DNA of 64,000 nt from Raja brachyura. Lineage: Eukaryota. The DNA lies in NCBI GenBank assembly GCA_963514005.1, contig OY740787.1, positions 34,596,001 to 34,660,000 on the forward strand, in the 5' to 3' direction. Below the pieces are notes generated by a model that was not told the origin of the DNA, did no database searches, and was given only the letters and a program-made list of their open reading frames with translations. Made by a program: the position numbers and the translations under genes. Every line of letters starts with the position of its first letter. The stretch's first letter is position 1. This document shows, in pieces, positions 11,871 through 25,269 of the stretch.

Positions 11871-12908
11871 GTCTAAAGAAGGTTTTTGGCCCAAAACATT
11901 GCCTATCTCCTTTGCTCCATGGATGCTGCTGCACCCGCTGAGTTTCTCCAGCATTTTGTGTACCCTCGATTTTCCAGCTTCTGCAGTTCCTTCTTTAACA
12001 CTTTGTCTATTCCACTGCGAAATCTCCTTAAGGTATGCCTACTTTGAAGAAGTTCTCCTCCTCCCTCCGGAGACAGTTTTACAACCTCCTCTCTAAATGC
12101 TCCCCCTCTGTGATACCCCCTTCCCTCCAGCTGTACGACCACATCCTTACCCAGACTCAATACCACAGTCACATTTGCTCCCTCAGGACATCCCTGCGCC
12201 TCCATATCATACCTCGTCGCTTCCAGCTCCAGTTCCCTGCCTCCCAGTTTGGACCCCAGCCAGACTATCGGTTCCGACTGGCTATCTGCCGCCATACTCA
12301 ACAATTCTCCCACCGGGCACTGAGATCTACCCTGGTTACGATGCGCCGGCACCAGCAGGACCTCGCTTTGACTCCCCTGAAACTTCAGGCCTCACTCACC
12401 CAGACCTGTAACGGACCCCAACTATACTTCATCCTCCGGAAGATCCACCTCTTCAATCAACGATTCCTGGCCCACCTTAACTCCACCAAGGACCTGAAAT
12501 TAGCCCGCCTCCAGGCCACTCCTGCCACCGGCAACTCGACCGCTCACAGGCTCCAGGCCCCAACTCTGGCCCGAGCCGCCTGTCCGAGTCCCACGACGCC
12601 ATCTTGGCCACGAGGAGCACCTCCAGTACTCACCAGGACGCCGCCTTCACCGACCTCCAAGCCGATGCTGCTGCCAACCTTCACTGGCCCACCGATGACG
12701 CCCAGCCTCGCTGCCTGCCCGGTAACTCTGCACATCTCCCCCTCCCCAATTCCTCCGCCTATCACCACCACAACAGAGTCTGAAGAAGGGTTTTGGCCCG
12801 AAACGTTGCCTATCTCCTTCGCTCCATAGATGCTGCTGCACCCGCTGAGTTTCTCCAGCATTTTGTGTACCCTCGATTTTCCAGCATCTGTAGTTCTTTC
12901 TTTAACAC
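11871..12908 (+). mobile_element. Internally deleted Penelope derivative with two direct pseudo-LTRs
   Basis: ~130-bp direct repeats at 11871-12000 and 12778-12907 bracket ATG-initiated ORF 12035-12829 (264 aa), which lacks RT and GIY-YIG motifs. Confidence 0.8.
12778..12810 (+). ncRNA. Minimal type-I hammerhead ribozyme motif in pLTR
   Basis: CTGAAGA (12780-86), stem II gggtt/ggccc, GAAA (12800-03), then CGTT; PLE pLTRs are known to carry minimal hammerheads. Stem I pairing is weak. Confidence 0.6.
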
Positions 12909-14525
12909 TAAATATTATGTATCCTGTTTTAAAACTAAACTTCATAAGTTTGGATACATATTTTCTATGTTTCAATCCACCCGTCTTCCCTGCTATTTGC
13001 TTGATCTTATCGCAGTTTCACCTCTGCATCGAAGAATTTGGAGGCCCTGGTTGAAGTTATCCATATAATACACCAAAATGTTGATGCCAGCAATCATCAA
13101 CTGAGAAACACAGCACCTCTTTCAGGAGCTGCAGGCTGCCTTTAATTCTCCTGGATTCCCTATCCTCCCAATTAGCAAACTAGCTATAGAGAATGCATTC
13201 ACACTGGAAGCTTACTTATTTAATTTAAATTAGTACTGGCCATGAAAATGCATGGAGCTCATGCTGATTCCTTTGGGCAGATGAAACCTACAACACATTC
13301 ATTGTCTGTTTAATGTTTGATATCAAAATTGCCCCCAGAAGCTCTATTTACATTTTCTGTTCCAAACCAGGTAACAAAATGGTATGATATTTTTATAAAA
13401 TGGAAATATTGACTACAAAAACTGAAATAGAAATGCAGACATGAATGATTAATAGTCACAGTAGCACATACTAATACATTTTCAACACTACGGTTGCTCT
13501 ATAGAATATAATTATTTTCTGATAATAAATTCTAACAAGCATTTTAATTTGTAGTATACATCAACTTACAAAGTAAAAAATTAATTACAGGGCTTTGAGT
13601 GATTCTAAACAACTTTGTATTCAAGGTTGATGTGGCCTGCAAAGGTGTCATTTAATTTTGTACTAAATTTCCCCGACTCTTTATCCAGGTCTGTGGAAGA
13701 GACAGCTTTGATGGATCAAATGGTCTTTTCTCATTTCGTGGTTGCTTATTATGTCCAAAAGGATTTTGCTTCCTTTTGCCAAGTAATCTACTGATGATTT
13801 TCAATTATGATGCAATGTACTTTGTACATTGTTGCTGTTACATTTGACTGTAGATGTGTGATGACAAAACATTTAGGATATGAACAGGAGGCCCAAATCC
13901 AAGACGAGGATGCAACTCTGTCAGTGTTTTATTTAAAGGGATACTGCTTACCGGCATTTGTTTTGGGCAATAAAAGACATGCATATATTCACCTTTGATA
14001 GATGATGGATGACCTTAGGCAGAGATATATAGATTCTTGATTAGTACGGGTGTCAGAGGTTGTAGGGAGAAGGCATAAGAATGGGGTTAGGAGGGAGAGA
14101 TAGATCAGCCATGATTGATTGCCAGAGTAGACTTGATGGGACAAATGGACTTATTCTACTATTCCTTATGACCTTATGGATTCTGTGCTCCAATTCTCTC
14201 TCCATTATAGTGGAGATCACTTATTTCATTATGATCCCCAGTGCAGCACGTAGAACTGGGGTGCTTGCTCTTGTATCCACTTTAGCACTCTTCATAGGTA
14301 TCTATTACAAGAATGTCCATTCTGTCCAGCAGCAGTAGCAATTCAAAACCGTCACCTTCAGAGCTCATGGTCCATGATAGGACAAAGAGCGTGTAACTTC
14401 ATGATTAGTATGCGATTCCTAAGCTTACAAAAATTACATGCAACCGCTCAAAAGACTACAAATTACCTTTGAGCAACACGCTTCACCCAAGTTGTGCACC
14501 TGAAAATCATTCCCTTAATTGTCAT

Positions 14526-14756
14526 CAGAGGGAGTATTATTTAATACAGGCAGAAACAATGAGTCTGCCAGAACAGTCAGGTTTGTGGATTTTGGGGAGA
14601 AGGTAAAATCGGGCCGTACGGGGCTGGCGAACGATGAGGTTGGAGGTTATTATTTAATACAGGCAGAAATACAGGGTTTCGACCCAAAAGGTTACCTATT
14701 TCCTTCGCTCCATAGATGCTGCCTCACCCGCTGAGTTTCTCCAGCATTTTTGTCTA
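14526..14756. mobile_element. Short rearranged Penelope insertion with 14-bp TSD
   Basis: cccttaattgtcat at 14512-14525 and 14757-14770; plus-strand pLTR at 14673-14756. Confidence 0.75.
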
Positions 14757-14939
14757 CCCTTAATTGTCATGTTAGTTTAGCTTATATTTTCACAGGGATT
14801 TGAATATTTTGATTCTCTTGGAAATTTAAGATCTAGTTTCAAATTATGTTTATTATTGTTGAATTCTGTCACAGATTCCTGTTAGAAAAACATTAATTGG
14901 ATTTGCTAACTTTGAGAGTTGTTTTTGTCTTAACATTGA

Positions 14940-15375
14940 ACAGCAAAACATAGAACAGTACAGCATGGGAATGGGCTCTTGGAACAACAATGTTTGCGCC
15001 GAACATGATGCCAAGTTAAACTGATGTCATCTGCCTGTACATGATCCATATCCTCCTTTTCCATGCACTTGGGGGCATGCTGAATTTCTTTAGTTCTGAG
15101 GAAATAGGGGCATTGACATGCTTTCTTTGTCATACCATTGACCATCACTTAAAAAGCCTCTTCAACACCACTATCGTATTTGGCAATGCATTCCAAGCCT
15201 CCACTACACTGTGTAAACAATACCTTACCCTACAGATCTCCATTAAACTTACCCCCTCTCACCTTATTGCTATGCCCTCACATATTGGATATTTCCACCC
15301 GGGGAAAATGGTTCTGACTGTCTACCCTATCTATGCTTCTCATCATTGTATATACTTCTATCAGGTCTCCCCTCA
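14940..15375 (-). mobile_element. CR1 LINE 3' fragment (degraded)
   Basis: Reverse strand reads GDLIEVYTMMRSIDRVDSQNHFPRV, followed by a CR1-type 3' UTR. Confidence 0.7.
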
Positions 15376-15563
15376 ACTGAGGAGAGGTTCTAGCATCAGA
15401 ATGCAATTCTTACATCAGAATCTAAAGTTTCGCACACCACAAATAGAGTACTCATAATTCCAACCTAACCGATCCCCAAACTCCTAGATCTACAAATTTG
15501 CAGCTTCCTCTGCAATTGGATCCTTGACTTATTGACCCATATCCTCAGTCAGCAAAATAATTC

Positions 15564-15972
15564 CCTACACTGGTGCCCCACAAGGCTGCACCCTCAGCAG
15601 TTTACTATACACCCTATACACTCACAACAGTGGGGTGAAATTCTGCTCTAACTCAATTTACAGGTTTGCAGACGACTCCACTGCAGTGGGCTGTATCTCA
15701 AACAATGATGGGATAGAATGCAAGAAGGAGATGGAGAAATTAATAGCATTGTGTCAAGGGACATCAATCTCTCCCTGTCTAATGTCAGCAAAATGAATGA
15801 GCTGGTTATTGTCTTCAGGAAGTGTGATGGAGCACACAAGCCTGGCTGCATCAATGGTGCTGAAGTGGGGATGGTCAATGGTACAACAATGAAAGCACGC
15901 CAATGCTTCTAATCCTTCAGAAGACTAAGGAGATTTGGCATGCCCCCAATGACTCTTACCAGTTTCTGCAGA
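15564..15972 (+). mobile_element. Rex1/Babar RT fragment
   Basis: TGAPQGCTLSSLLYTLYTH...RFADDSTAVG...LNVSKMNELVIVFRK. Confidence 0.8.
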
Positions 15973-18900
15973 TGAAAGGACACCAAACCTACAACAATGC
16001 AAAGGAAGCCGTGCAAGTGCTACAACAGAGAGGCTATAAAGTGGAAGAGCTGCGGGGAGACACGGACATGCCGCCACTGCGTGAACAACTCCACCGAACG
16101 ATGTCAAGGACTTAAGCTGATGTCTCTAAATATTAATGGTTTGGGGAATCCAATTAAGAGGGCTAAAGTCATGACTAAATTGAAAAAAGTGAAGATGCAT
16201 ATTATTTACTTACAAGAAACCCATTTATCGTGACAAGAGCATGAGAAGCTGAAAAGATTTGAATATAAAAACACATATTATAGCTCACATACTTGTAGTC
16301 ATAAAAGGGGAGTGGCAATCTTGATATCAAACTCAGTTAAATTTGAAATGTTTAAAGAAATAAAAGACAAAGAAGGGAGGTATATCATAATAAAGGGCAA
16401 AGTTGATAATAATATCCTGACACTGGTGAATATCTATGCTCCCCCAGATAGTGATAAACATTTTTTCAAATCCCTATTTGATATTATTGCAGTGGAAGCA
16501 GTAGGAATTTGTATATGTGGAGGTGATCTGAATGTTGTACAGAATCATAGGCTTGATACGCCAAGTAAAAAGAAGAATAAGAACCAGTTAACAAAACTAC
16601 GAAACACTACCTGTGAAGAATTTGGTTTTCTTGATGTCTGGAGGAATTTTCACCTTCTAGAAAGAGACTATACAAATTACTCAATACCGCACTCTGTTTA
16701 CTCCAGAATAGACTATTTCTTAATGCAGAAAGAAGACTGTTATAGGGTAACGTTTGCAAAATCGGTGTGGCAGATGTATCAGACCATAATACCATATACT
16801 TAACAATTCAAATGAACAGTAGAAGGAAAAACACAGTGTGGCGATTAAATGTTGGAATACTGAATGATAAAACAACTGTTAATTATATTAAATTGGAAAT
16901 CAAAACTTATCTAGAGGAAAATGACAATGGGAAGATGGACCCATCCATACTAAGGGACTCATTGAAGGCTGTAATACGAGGTAGGTTAATAGCGAGGACA
17001 TCACATATTAAAAAGGCCAGAATGAAAACATATAATAAGTTGATAACAGACCTGAAGGATTTAGAACAGAAGTACAAAAATAATAAGGACCAGAGAACCT
17101 ATAAGCAAATAGAAGATTTGAGGGGACAAATGGATGGAATATTGGGTCAAGAGGTGGAGAAAAAAAGCAAGATTTGTAAAACAGGCACATTATGAGCTTG
17201 GGCCTAAATCCAATAAAATACTTGCCCGAAGACTACGCAAACAACAGGCTGACATCACCATACACAAAATTAAGGACTCCTGTACACAGGAGTAATTTGA
17301 AGAGTGATCCAAAAGAAATAGAATATATCTTCCAGGAATATTATAAAGAATTATATACACAAACCTCTACAGTAGATGGGGAATAAATGAGAACTTTTTT
17401 TAAGTACAATAGATCTGCCCTGTATTGGAGAGACACAAAATTAAATAATCACAGCATAAATATCACTGGAGGAGATAGAGAAGACAATTGGTAGGATGAA
17501 ATCAAACAAGGCCCCAGGCAGCGACGGTTTCCCTATAGAATGGTATAAAATATTTCAGAATGAGCTGAACCTACTTCTTCTGAGAACCTTTAACTGGATT
17601 ATCAAAGAAGGCAAGACACCCCTGTCATGGAAAGAGGCAATTATAACATTAATCCCCAAAGAGAACAAAGACAAGGAAAATTGTACTAACTACAGACCGA
17701 TATCAATTCTAAATGTGGACTATAAATTATATTCTTCAATTATCTCCAAACGATTTGAAAAGTTCATGCCAGATTTAATTGATGAAGACCAGACTGGTTT
17801 TATAATAGGCAGACAAATGCAGGACAGCATTAGAAGAACCCTACATATAATACACAAGTTTCAAAAGGAAAGTACACGTGCTGTCCTGATAAGTCTAGAT
17901 GCAGTAAAGGCTTTTGATAGGGTTAATTGGGAATTATTATATCAAACACTAGAAAGATTTGGCTTTACCGAAGAGTCAATTCAAGTTATTAAAGCAATTT
18001 ACCAGCAACCTACTGCAAGAGTAAAGGTGAATGGGTCCTTAACTGAGAGATTTGTGTTAGGAAGAGGAACGAGACATGGATGTTGTCTTAGCCTTACCCT
18101 GTTTGCTATATATATTGAACCATTGGCTCAAGTGATTCGTCAAGATAGGGAACTGAGGGGAGTAACTATAAGAGACAGAGAACATAAAATTGGCTTTTTT
18201 GCTGATGATGTAGTGATGTATCTCACGGAAGTAAACACCTCATTTCCAAGAATGATGGGGATCATAGATTAATTTAATTTTTATGCAGGATATAAAGTGA
18301 ATATTTCAAAAACTCAAATCCTCCTATTTAATTGTCTTCCTCCAGAAGAAATCAAACAAAATTATAATATTAAATGGGATTCAAAATCAATCAAATACCT
18401 AGGGATACATATAACAAAAAATATATATCAATGTTGTATGGGGCCAATTATAATCACATCAACCAAAACATAAGAAAGGATATAGTAAGATGGTCCACCT
18501 ACCCAATGGATTTTAGTAGTATGATAAATGCAGTGAAAATGAATATTTTGTCAAGGCTATTGTACTTGTTTCAATCTCTGCCAATTGAGATACCATTAAA
18601 ACAATTCACGGAATGGGATAAATTAATATCTGGATTTATTTGGGGAGGAAAGAAGGCCAGAATTTGATACACTGCACTTCAGTTGCCAAAGGACAAAGGT
18701 GGAATGGCACTTCCAAATTTTAGGATATATTTCTATGCAGCCCAACTTCGACCACTAATTAATTGGTGTGAGGACAGCTATATAGCTAGGTGGAAAGAGA
18801 TTGAGACATATATCCATGATTGCCACATTCAAACACTTTTGGGAGAAAAAGCGCTTCCTGGACATATCAGGAGTATAATCGATCCAATAACGATATTTAC

Positions 18901-20080
18901 TTTAGAAACCTGGTTCACTCTTACCAGACAACTTAAACTGAATAAATGACAAAAAGTTTTAAGATGGATAGCTTTGGATAATGAATTTAAACCAGGGATG
19001 TATGACTCAACATTTAAAGAGTGGATGAAGAAAGGAATGACTGCATTTTGGACTGTTATTGAAAATGGAGACCTAAGAAGTTTTCAAGATTTGAAGGATA
19101 GATTTGCACTTCGGAACCAAGACTTGTTTAGATACCTCCAACTGAGAGATTATTACAATAAAAAGGTAAAAAGGGAGGCACTAGAAGAAAAGAATCCAGT
19201 GATAGAAGTGATAGTTAGTGCGTATCATCAAAAAACATTAAGGATTATTTCTAAACTTTATCATAGTTTAATGGAATGTCAAGCTAAAACTACATTTTAT
19301 GTAAAATTTAAGTGGGAAAAGGTATTGAGCATCACAATCTCAGAAGAAGAATGGCATCATATGTGTGTAACACTACAGACATCCACTAATTCACAAAATT
19401 GGAGAGAATTTCATTGGAAAAATTTGATTTGTTTCTTTATTACGCCTAACATAAAAAGCAAGCAAATTCTAAGGCAGCAAACATGCTGGAGGGAATGTGG
19501 TCAAATAGACGCAAATCATGCACACATCTTCTGGAGTTTCCCAAAAATAGAACCATAGAACCAAAAATAGAATTCAGAATTAACGGAGGTATTAGGATAT
19601 ACAGTCTGCAAGAAGTGTTCCATTTTATACACGGGTAATATAAATACAGTGGTGCTGAAGGAAGATCATTACTTGGTTAAAATCCTACTCACAGGTGGCA
19701 GAAAGGCCATTACAAGAAACTGGCTTGCAGCGGACACACCCAAACTTAGACAATGCTTAGACATAGTACAGGAAATATTTGTCATGGAGAAAATGACATA
19801 TTCTCTAAGAGTGAAAGAAGACGAGTTTAATAGAAAATGGGAAAAATGGATTAGGTATAGAAATAAAGACATCAACACTGTATAATTTTATAGATAATAA
19901 TGTAAGTTATTGGAAAATGTTTTAATATGAAAATAGTTCTGTAGACTGCATCATTAATTGTAAGCTGAACCCCCCGCTACACTGTTGTACGTTTCACTGT
20001 AATGTTGTACGTTTCGTTGTTATATTTCTGTTTTATTTGTGTGTACATAAAAGCAATAAAAACTAAAGTGGAAAAAAAAA
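15973..20080 (+). mobile_element. L1-clade LINE, near-complete but disrupted ORF2 with 3' UTR and poly-A
   Basis: SLNINGL, YLQETH, GGDLN, SRIDYF, SDHN endonuclease motifs; KAPGSDGF, NYRPISILNVDYK, LDAVKAFDRV, FADD RT motifs; CWRECG..HIFWS; aataaa at ~20055 and an A-run to 20080. Confidence 0.92.
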
Positions 20081-20235
20081 CCCAACTGTTTAATGACAAC
20101 ATACAGTAGGATCTAAAAGTGTCACATTGTCACTGTTGGGTAGTCATGGTCCTCTAGTCGTGGGGGTGGGGGTTTGGGAGGGGGGGGTCACACACGTGAA
20201 ATAGCCTACGGCCTCTCTTCATCTAAATCCGGCCC

Positions 20236-21776
20236 AGGAAATAGTGGGCGCATTGGTGATTATTTTCGAATGTTCGATAGATTCAGGATCAGTTCCTGTG
20301 GATTGGAGGGTAGCTAATGTTATCCCACTTTTCAAGAAAGGAGCGAGAGAGAAAACGGGGAATTACAGACCAGTTAGCCTGACTTCAGTGGTGGGAAAGA
20401 TGCTGGAGTCAATTATTAAAGTGGTAATAATGGGGCATTGGATAGCAGTAAAAGGATTAGTCCAAGTCAGCATGGATTTATGGAAGGAAAATCATGCTTG
20501 ACTAATCTTCTGGAATTTTTTGAGAATGTGACAAGTAAAATGGATGAAGGGGAGCCAGTAGATGCAATGTATCTAGACGTTCAGAAAGCCTTAATCCCGC
20601 ACGGGAGACTGGTGACTAAAATTAGAGCACATGGTATTTGGGGTAGGATGTTGACGTGGATAGAAAATTGGTTGACAGACAGGAAGCAGAGTAGGAGTGA
20701 ACTGGTCCTTTTCAAAATGGCAGGCAGTGGTGAGTGGAGTGCCGCAAGGATCGGCGTTGGGGCCACAACTGTTTACCATATATATTAATGATTTGGATGA
20801 GGGAATTAGGAGCAGCACTAGCAAGTTTGCGGATGACACAAAGCTGGGTGGCAGTGTGAACTGTGAAGTGGATGTTAGGAGGTTGCAGGGTGACCTGGAC
20901 AGGTTGAGTGCGTGGGCAGATGCGTGGCAGATGCAATATATAATAGATAAATGTGAGGTTATCCACTTTGGCGGCAAAAACAAAGGGGCAGATTATTATA
21001 TCAATGGGGTTAGTTTAGGTAAGGGGGAGGCAATGGGGTTAGTTTAGGTGAGGGGGCCAGACCTGGGTGTCCTTGTACACCGGTCACTGAAAGTTGGCAT
21101 GTAGGTACAGCAGGCAGTGAAGAAAGCTAATGGAACATTGGCCTTCATAACAAGATGATTTCTGTATCGGAGTAAAGAGGTTCTTCTGCAGTTGTATGGG
21201 GCTCTGGTAAGACCACATCTGGAGTATTGCGTACAGTTTTGGTCTTCTAATTTGAGGAAGGACATCCTTGTGATTGAGGCAGTGCAGCGTAGGTTCACAA
21301 GATTGATCCCTGGGATGACGGGACTGTCATATGAGGAAAGATTGAAAAGACTAGGCTTGTATTCACTGGCGTTTAGGAGGATGAGGCGGATCTTATAGAA
21401 ACATATAAAATTATAAAAGGACTGGACAAGCTAGATGCAGGAAAAATGTTCCCTATATTGGGCGAGTCCAGAACCAGGGGCCACAGTCTTAGAATAAAGG
21501 GGAGGCCATTTAAGACTGAGAGAAAAAAACTTTTTCACCCAGTGAGTTGTGAATTTATGGAATTCCCTGCCACAGAGGGCAGTGGAGGCCAAATCACTGG
21601 ATGGATTTAAGAGCGAGTTAGATAGAGCTCTAGGGGCTAGTGGAATCAAGGGATATGGGGAGAAGGCAAGCACGGGTTATTGATTGGGGATGATCAGCCA
21701 TGATCACAATGAATGGTGGTGCTGGCTCGAAGGGTCGAATGGCCTCCTCCTGCACCAATTTTCTATGTTTCTATGT
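20236..21776 (+). mobile_element. CR1 LINE 3' portion (RT to tail)
   Basis: [44 protein letters not shown]; tail (ttctatgt)n at 21761-21776. Confidence 0.92.
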
Positions 21777-22084
21777 AAGAGGGATAGAGAGTGCACAGGC
21801 AATGATATGGGTACTACCAGGAGTAGCTAACAATGTGGACCCTCAGGACAATTTGGTTCATGTTCCATTGCAATGCTAAAAAACAGTATTGCATAATGAA
21901 TGATGTCATTGCATAAATCTCATCAAGGTTGCATGTGTAATTTATGCCAGAAATGGGCAAAAGATTTTTTGGAGCCTCCTAAAATAATCTGGAAATGTAT
22001 CCTTTGTTCATGGAAATAACTGTTTCACAACTCTGTTGTAGTCGCAGAGACACAGAGTGATGTAGCACAGAAATTCAATTAATC

Positions 22085-22370
22085 CTTCTCTAATCCATTT
22101 AATTCTCTTCATATTCCCATCAATTCCCTCCAGATTCTACCTTTCTTCTACACTAGTGGAAATGTACAGAGGCTAAGTAACCTACTAAGTCACTTATTTT
22201 AGGGACGTAGGAGGAAACTGCAGTACTTGGGATGAGTTCTGTGGTTATATGTAGAATGTGAAATGGGGAAACCAGAGCACTCAGGAGAAACCTACACACT
22301 CAATTGAGGACCCAGGCCTCTGGCACTGTGGGGCAGAGGATCAACAAGTTATACGACTGTGCTACCAGAT
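22085..22370 (-). mobile_element. Degraded HE1/V-type SINE
   Basis: Reverse-strand similarity to the SINEs at 32021 and 35246 (ggtagcacagt head, tttcctcc..acgtccc core). Confidence 0.5.
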
Positions 22371-23010
22371 TAAAATTAAACCTGAAGCACTGAAGCTATG
22401 ATGCAGCTTCTTTACAAACTATACTAATGTGATACTTTTATCCTAAATTTAAAAAAAACATTTGCATTTACATAAATTTCAATATTGCCCCATCTTATAT
22501 TTACTCTTGCTTTTAAATATTTTTTGGTATGTGTAATTCTCAATAGGAAGAATAAGAACTGGATAAGAAATAAATAATAAATAAGAATAAGAATGGAAAA
22601 AAGAATAAGAACTTACCATCTGATCTTTCCATCAGAAAAATTGCAAGAATGGCACTTTTTTTTTTAAACCATTGTCAGTTTTCTGATACCCATTAATCTG
22701 AAAAAATCTCTTGGGCTGTTTGTGGTTTAATTTACAGTGAAGTAAAATTATTTTGGTGTACTATGTGTTGAAAATATATACTTCTTTTGCTGCCTGTTCC
22801 ACTTAGTTACTTCAGCTTTTTGTGTCTATCTTGTGTACATCTTTTACAATTTGATTAATTGTTTTATTACATTTAACCTGCAAGGGAAATCTTCTGGGAT
22901 TGTTATTGCATTTGCTAAAGAACATTTCCAAACACCATCTCTTAAATCTACATGATCTGAATTCCTTTTTTTCCCCTGTAAATTCAGATTACCTGCAATA
23001 CTCATTTAAA

Positions 23011-23928
23011 TAGACAATAGACAACATACAATAGACAATAGGTGCAGGAGTAGGCCATTCAGCCCTTCGAGCCAACACCGCCATTCAATGTGAGCATGAC
23101 TGATCTTCCCCAATCAGTACCCCGTTCCTGCCTTCTCCCAATATCCCCTGACTCCACTATCTTTAAGCGCCCTATCTAGCTCTCTCTTGAAAGTATCCAG
23201 AGAATCGGCCTCCACCGCCCTCTGAGGCAGAGAATTTCACAGACTCACAACTCTCTGTGTGAAAAAGTGTTTCCTCAACTCCGTTCTTAATGGCTTAACC
23301 CTTATTCTCAAACAGTGGCCCCTGGTTCTGGACTCCCCCAACATCGGGAACATGTTTCCTACCTCTAGCGTGTCCAAACCCTTAATAATCTTATATGTTT
23401 CAATAAGATCCCCTCTCATCCTTCTAAACTCCACAGTATACAAGCCCAGCCGCTCCATTCTCTCAGCACATGACAGTTCCGCCATGCCAGGAATTAACCT
23501 TGTAAACCTACGCTGCACTCCCTCAATAGCAATAATGTCCTTCCTCAAATTAGAGGACCAAAACTGCACACAATACTCCAGGTGTGGTCTCACTAGGGCC
23601 CTAAACAACTGCAGAATGACCTCTTTGCTCCTATACTCCTCTTGTTATGAAGGCCAACATGCCATTTGGTTTCTTCACTGCCTGCTGTACCTGCATGCTT
23701 ACTTTCATTGACTGATGAACAAAAAACCCCAGATCCTGTTGTACTTCCCCCTTTCCCAACTTGACACCATTTAGATAATAATCTGACTTCCTGTTTTTGC
23801 TACCAAAGTGGACAACCTCACATTTATCCACATTAAACTTCATCTGCCATGCATCTGCCCACTCACCCAACCTGTCCAAGTCACCCTGCATTCTCATAGC
23901 ATCCTCCTCACAGTTCTCACTGCCACCA
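23011..23928 (-). mobile_element. CR1 LINE 3' portion
   Basis: ORFs 23631-23897 and 23237-23608 ([14 protein letters not shown]...FFTQRVV); (ctattgt)n tail at 23011-23040. Confidence 0.92.
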
Positions 23929-24184
23929 AATATAGGCTAAGGGCCGTGAACACAAGGCATAAATACCTTGCATGGGTCTTTGGATACCATGGAGTTCAGA
24001 AATTTCGCAGTAATTCTCTATGCAGTATTTTCTGTATTTGTGGGCTGGGATTATTATTCCATTTTCTAGTTTAACTAGAAGTAAAATTAAAATAATTATT
24101 TATTCAGAATCTTACAAGGAGTTTACATCTGTTTAAAGAAATATTATCATTAAATGACAATTACAAAGATAATTATTCAGAACA

Positions 24185-24266
24185 TTTGGAGTAACTCAAC
24201 GGGACAGGCAGCATCTCTGGAAAGAAGGAATGGGAGACGTTTCAGGTCGAGACCCTTCTTCAGACT
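24185..24266 (-). ncRNA. Solo pLTR fragment with intact hammerhead core
   Basis: Reverse strand: gtCTGAAGAa-gggtc-tc-gacct-GAAAc-GTC; predicted GUC cleavage triplet at 24238-24236. Confidence 0.6.
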
Positions 24267-25269
24267 CTACACTTTATATTCTACACTCCCTATTTTCAAT
24301 TTTAATGTCCATTACTGGAAATAATAACAAGATACTGATATATCAATTGACACAATTATAGTACCATTATTATGGAATAAAGTAACACTGTGTATGCTCA
24401 GTAAAGATTTGGCAAATTTCCATGAAGCCTTCAGTTTAAATCCCTATTGAGATATTTTAAAAGTTGGAAGCAAGGGTCTCCTTACATTCTAAATTTCCTT
24501 TGCTTCTAAAATGTCCTGCTTCCATTCAGTAACTTGTCAGAAAATGTAGATCAGATGGCGAATGCATGTGAAAATTAAGGATGTGCCCCACATCCTAAAA
24601 TGTTATACATGATTAATAAGTTTTTCCACTTCCCTCATTTCTTTCTATTTAATTACCAGAACAACTGCTGTTTCAAATCTGTTATTTTCAGTGTTTTCTA
24701 TTAATTTTGAATGGTCATTTTATAACCACAGGCAAATATTCTTTCCTTGCTTCGTTATGTGAGACCGAGGACTGTGTGAAGCCTTTAGATTAAATATTAA
24801 TTGCATTATCCTTGCTAATTTATACCTTGTACATAATTTTATAATTAAATATATTTGTTGGCAAACAATTCAAGATTTAGGTTTTGGTATTTTGTTATGG
24901 AAGTAGAAACTGATTGCACATTGCCATTTGATAGTACGAGTTGCTATTGATCAACAATAATACAAATATGTCTATTTCATTATAAGATTTCTAGAAAGCC
25001 TAATTTCAGGTTTTGAATCATACTTACATTACTAAATTATGCACCAGATTCATTGGTAAAATATGTGAAAGGTATATTGATTTGTAGTCTATTGATTCGA
25101 CATACATATTTCAAATTAATCATCAGGCAAATAATTCTAATTTAAAAATGCAAAACCCCTTTAAGAACGATACTGATGTAAAATAATATTAAAACAGTAA
25201 GAAGTAATGACGTGTTTCACCTTGAGAATATATTACTAGCATTTACAAAGTAAAGAAAAAAGAAAACAA

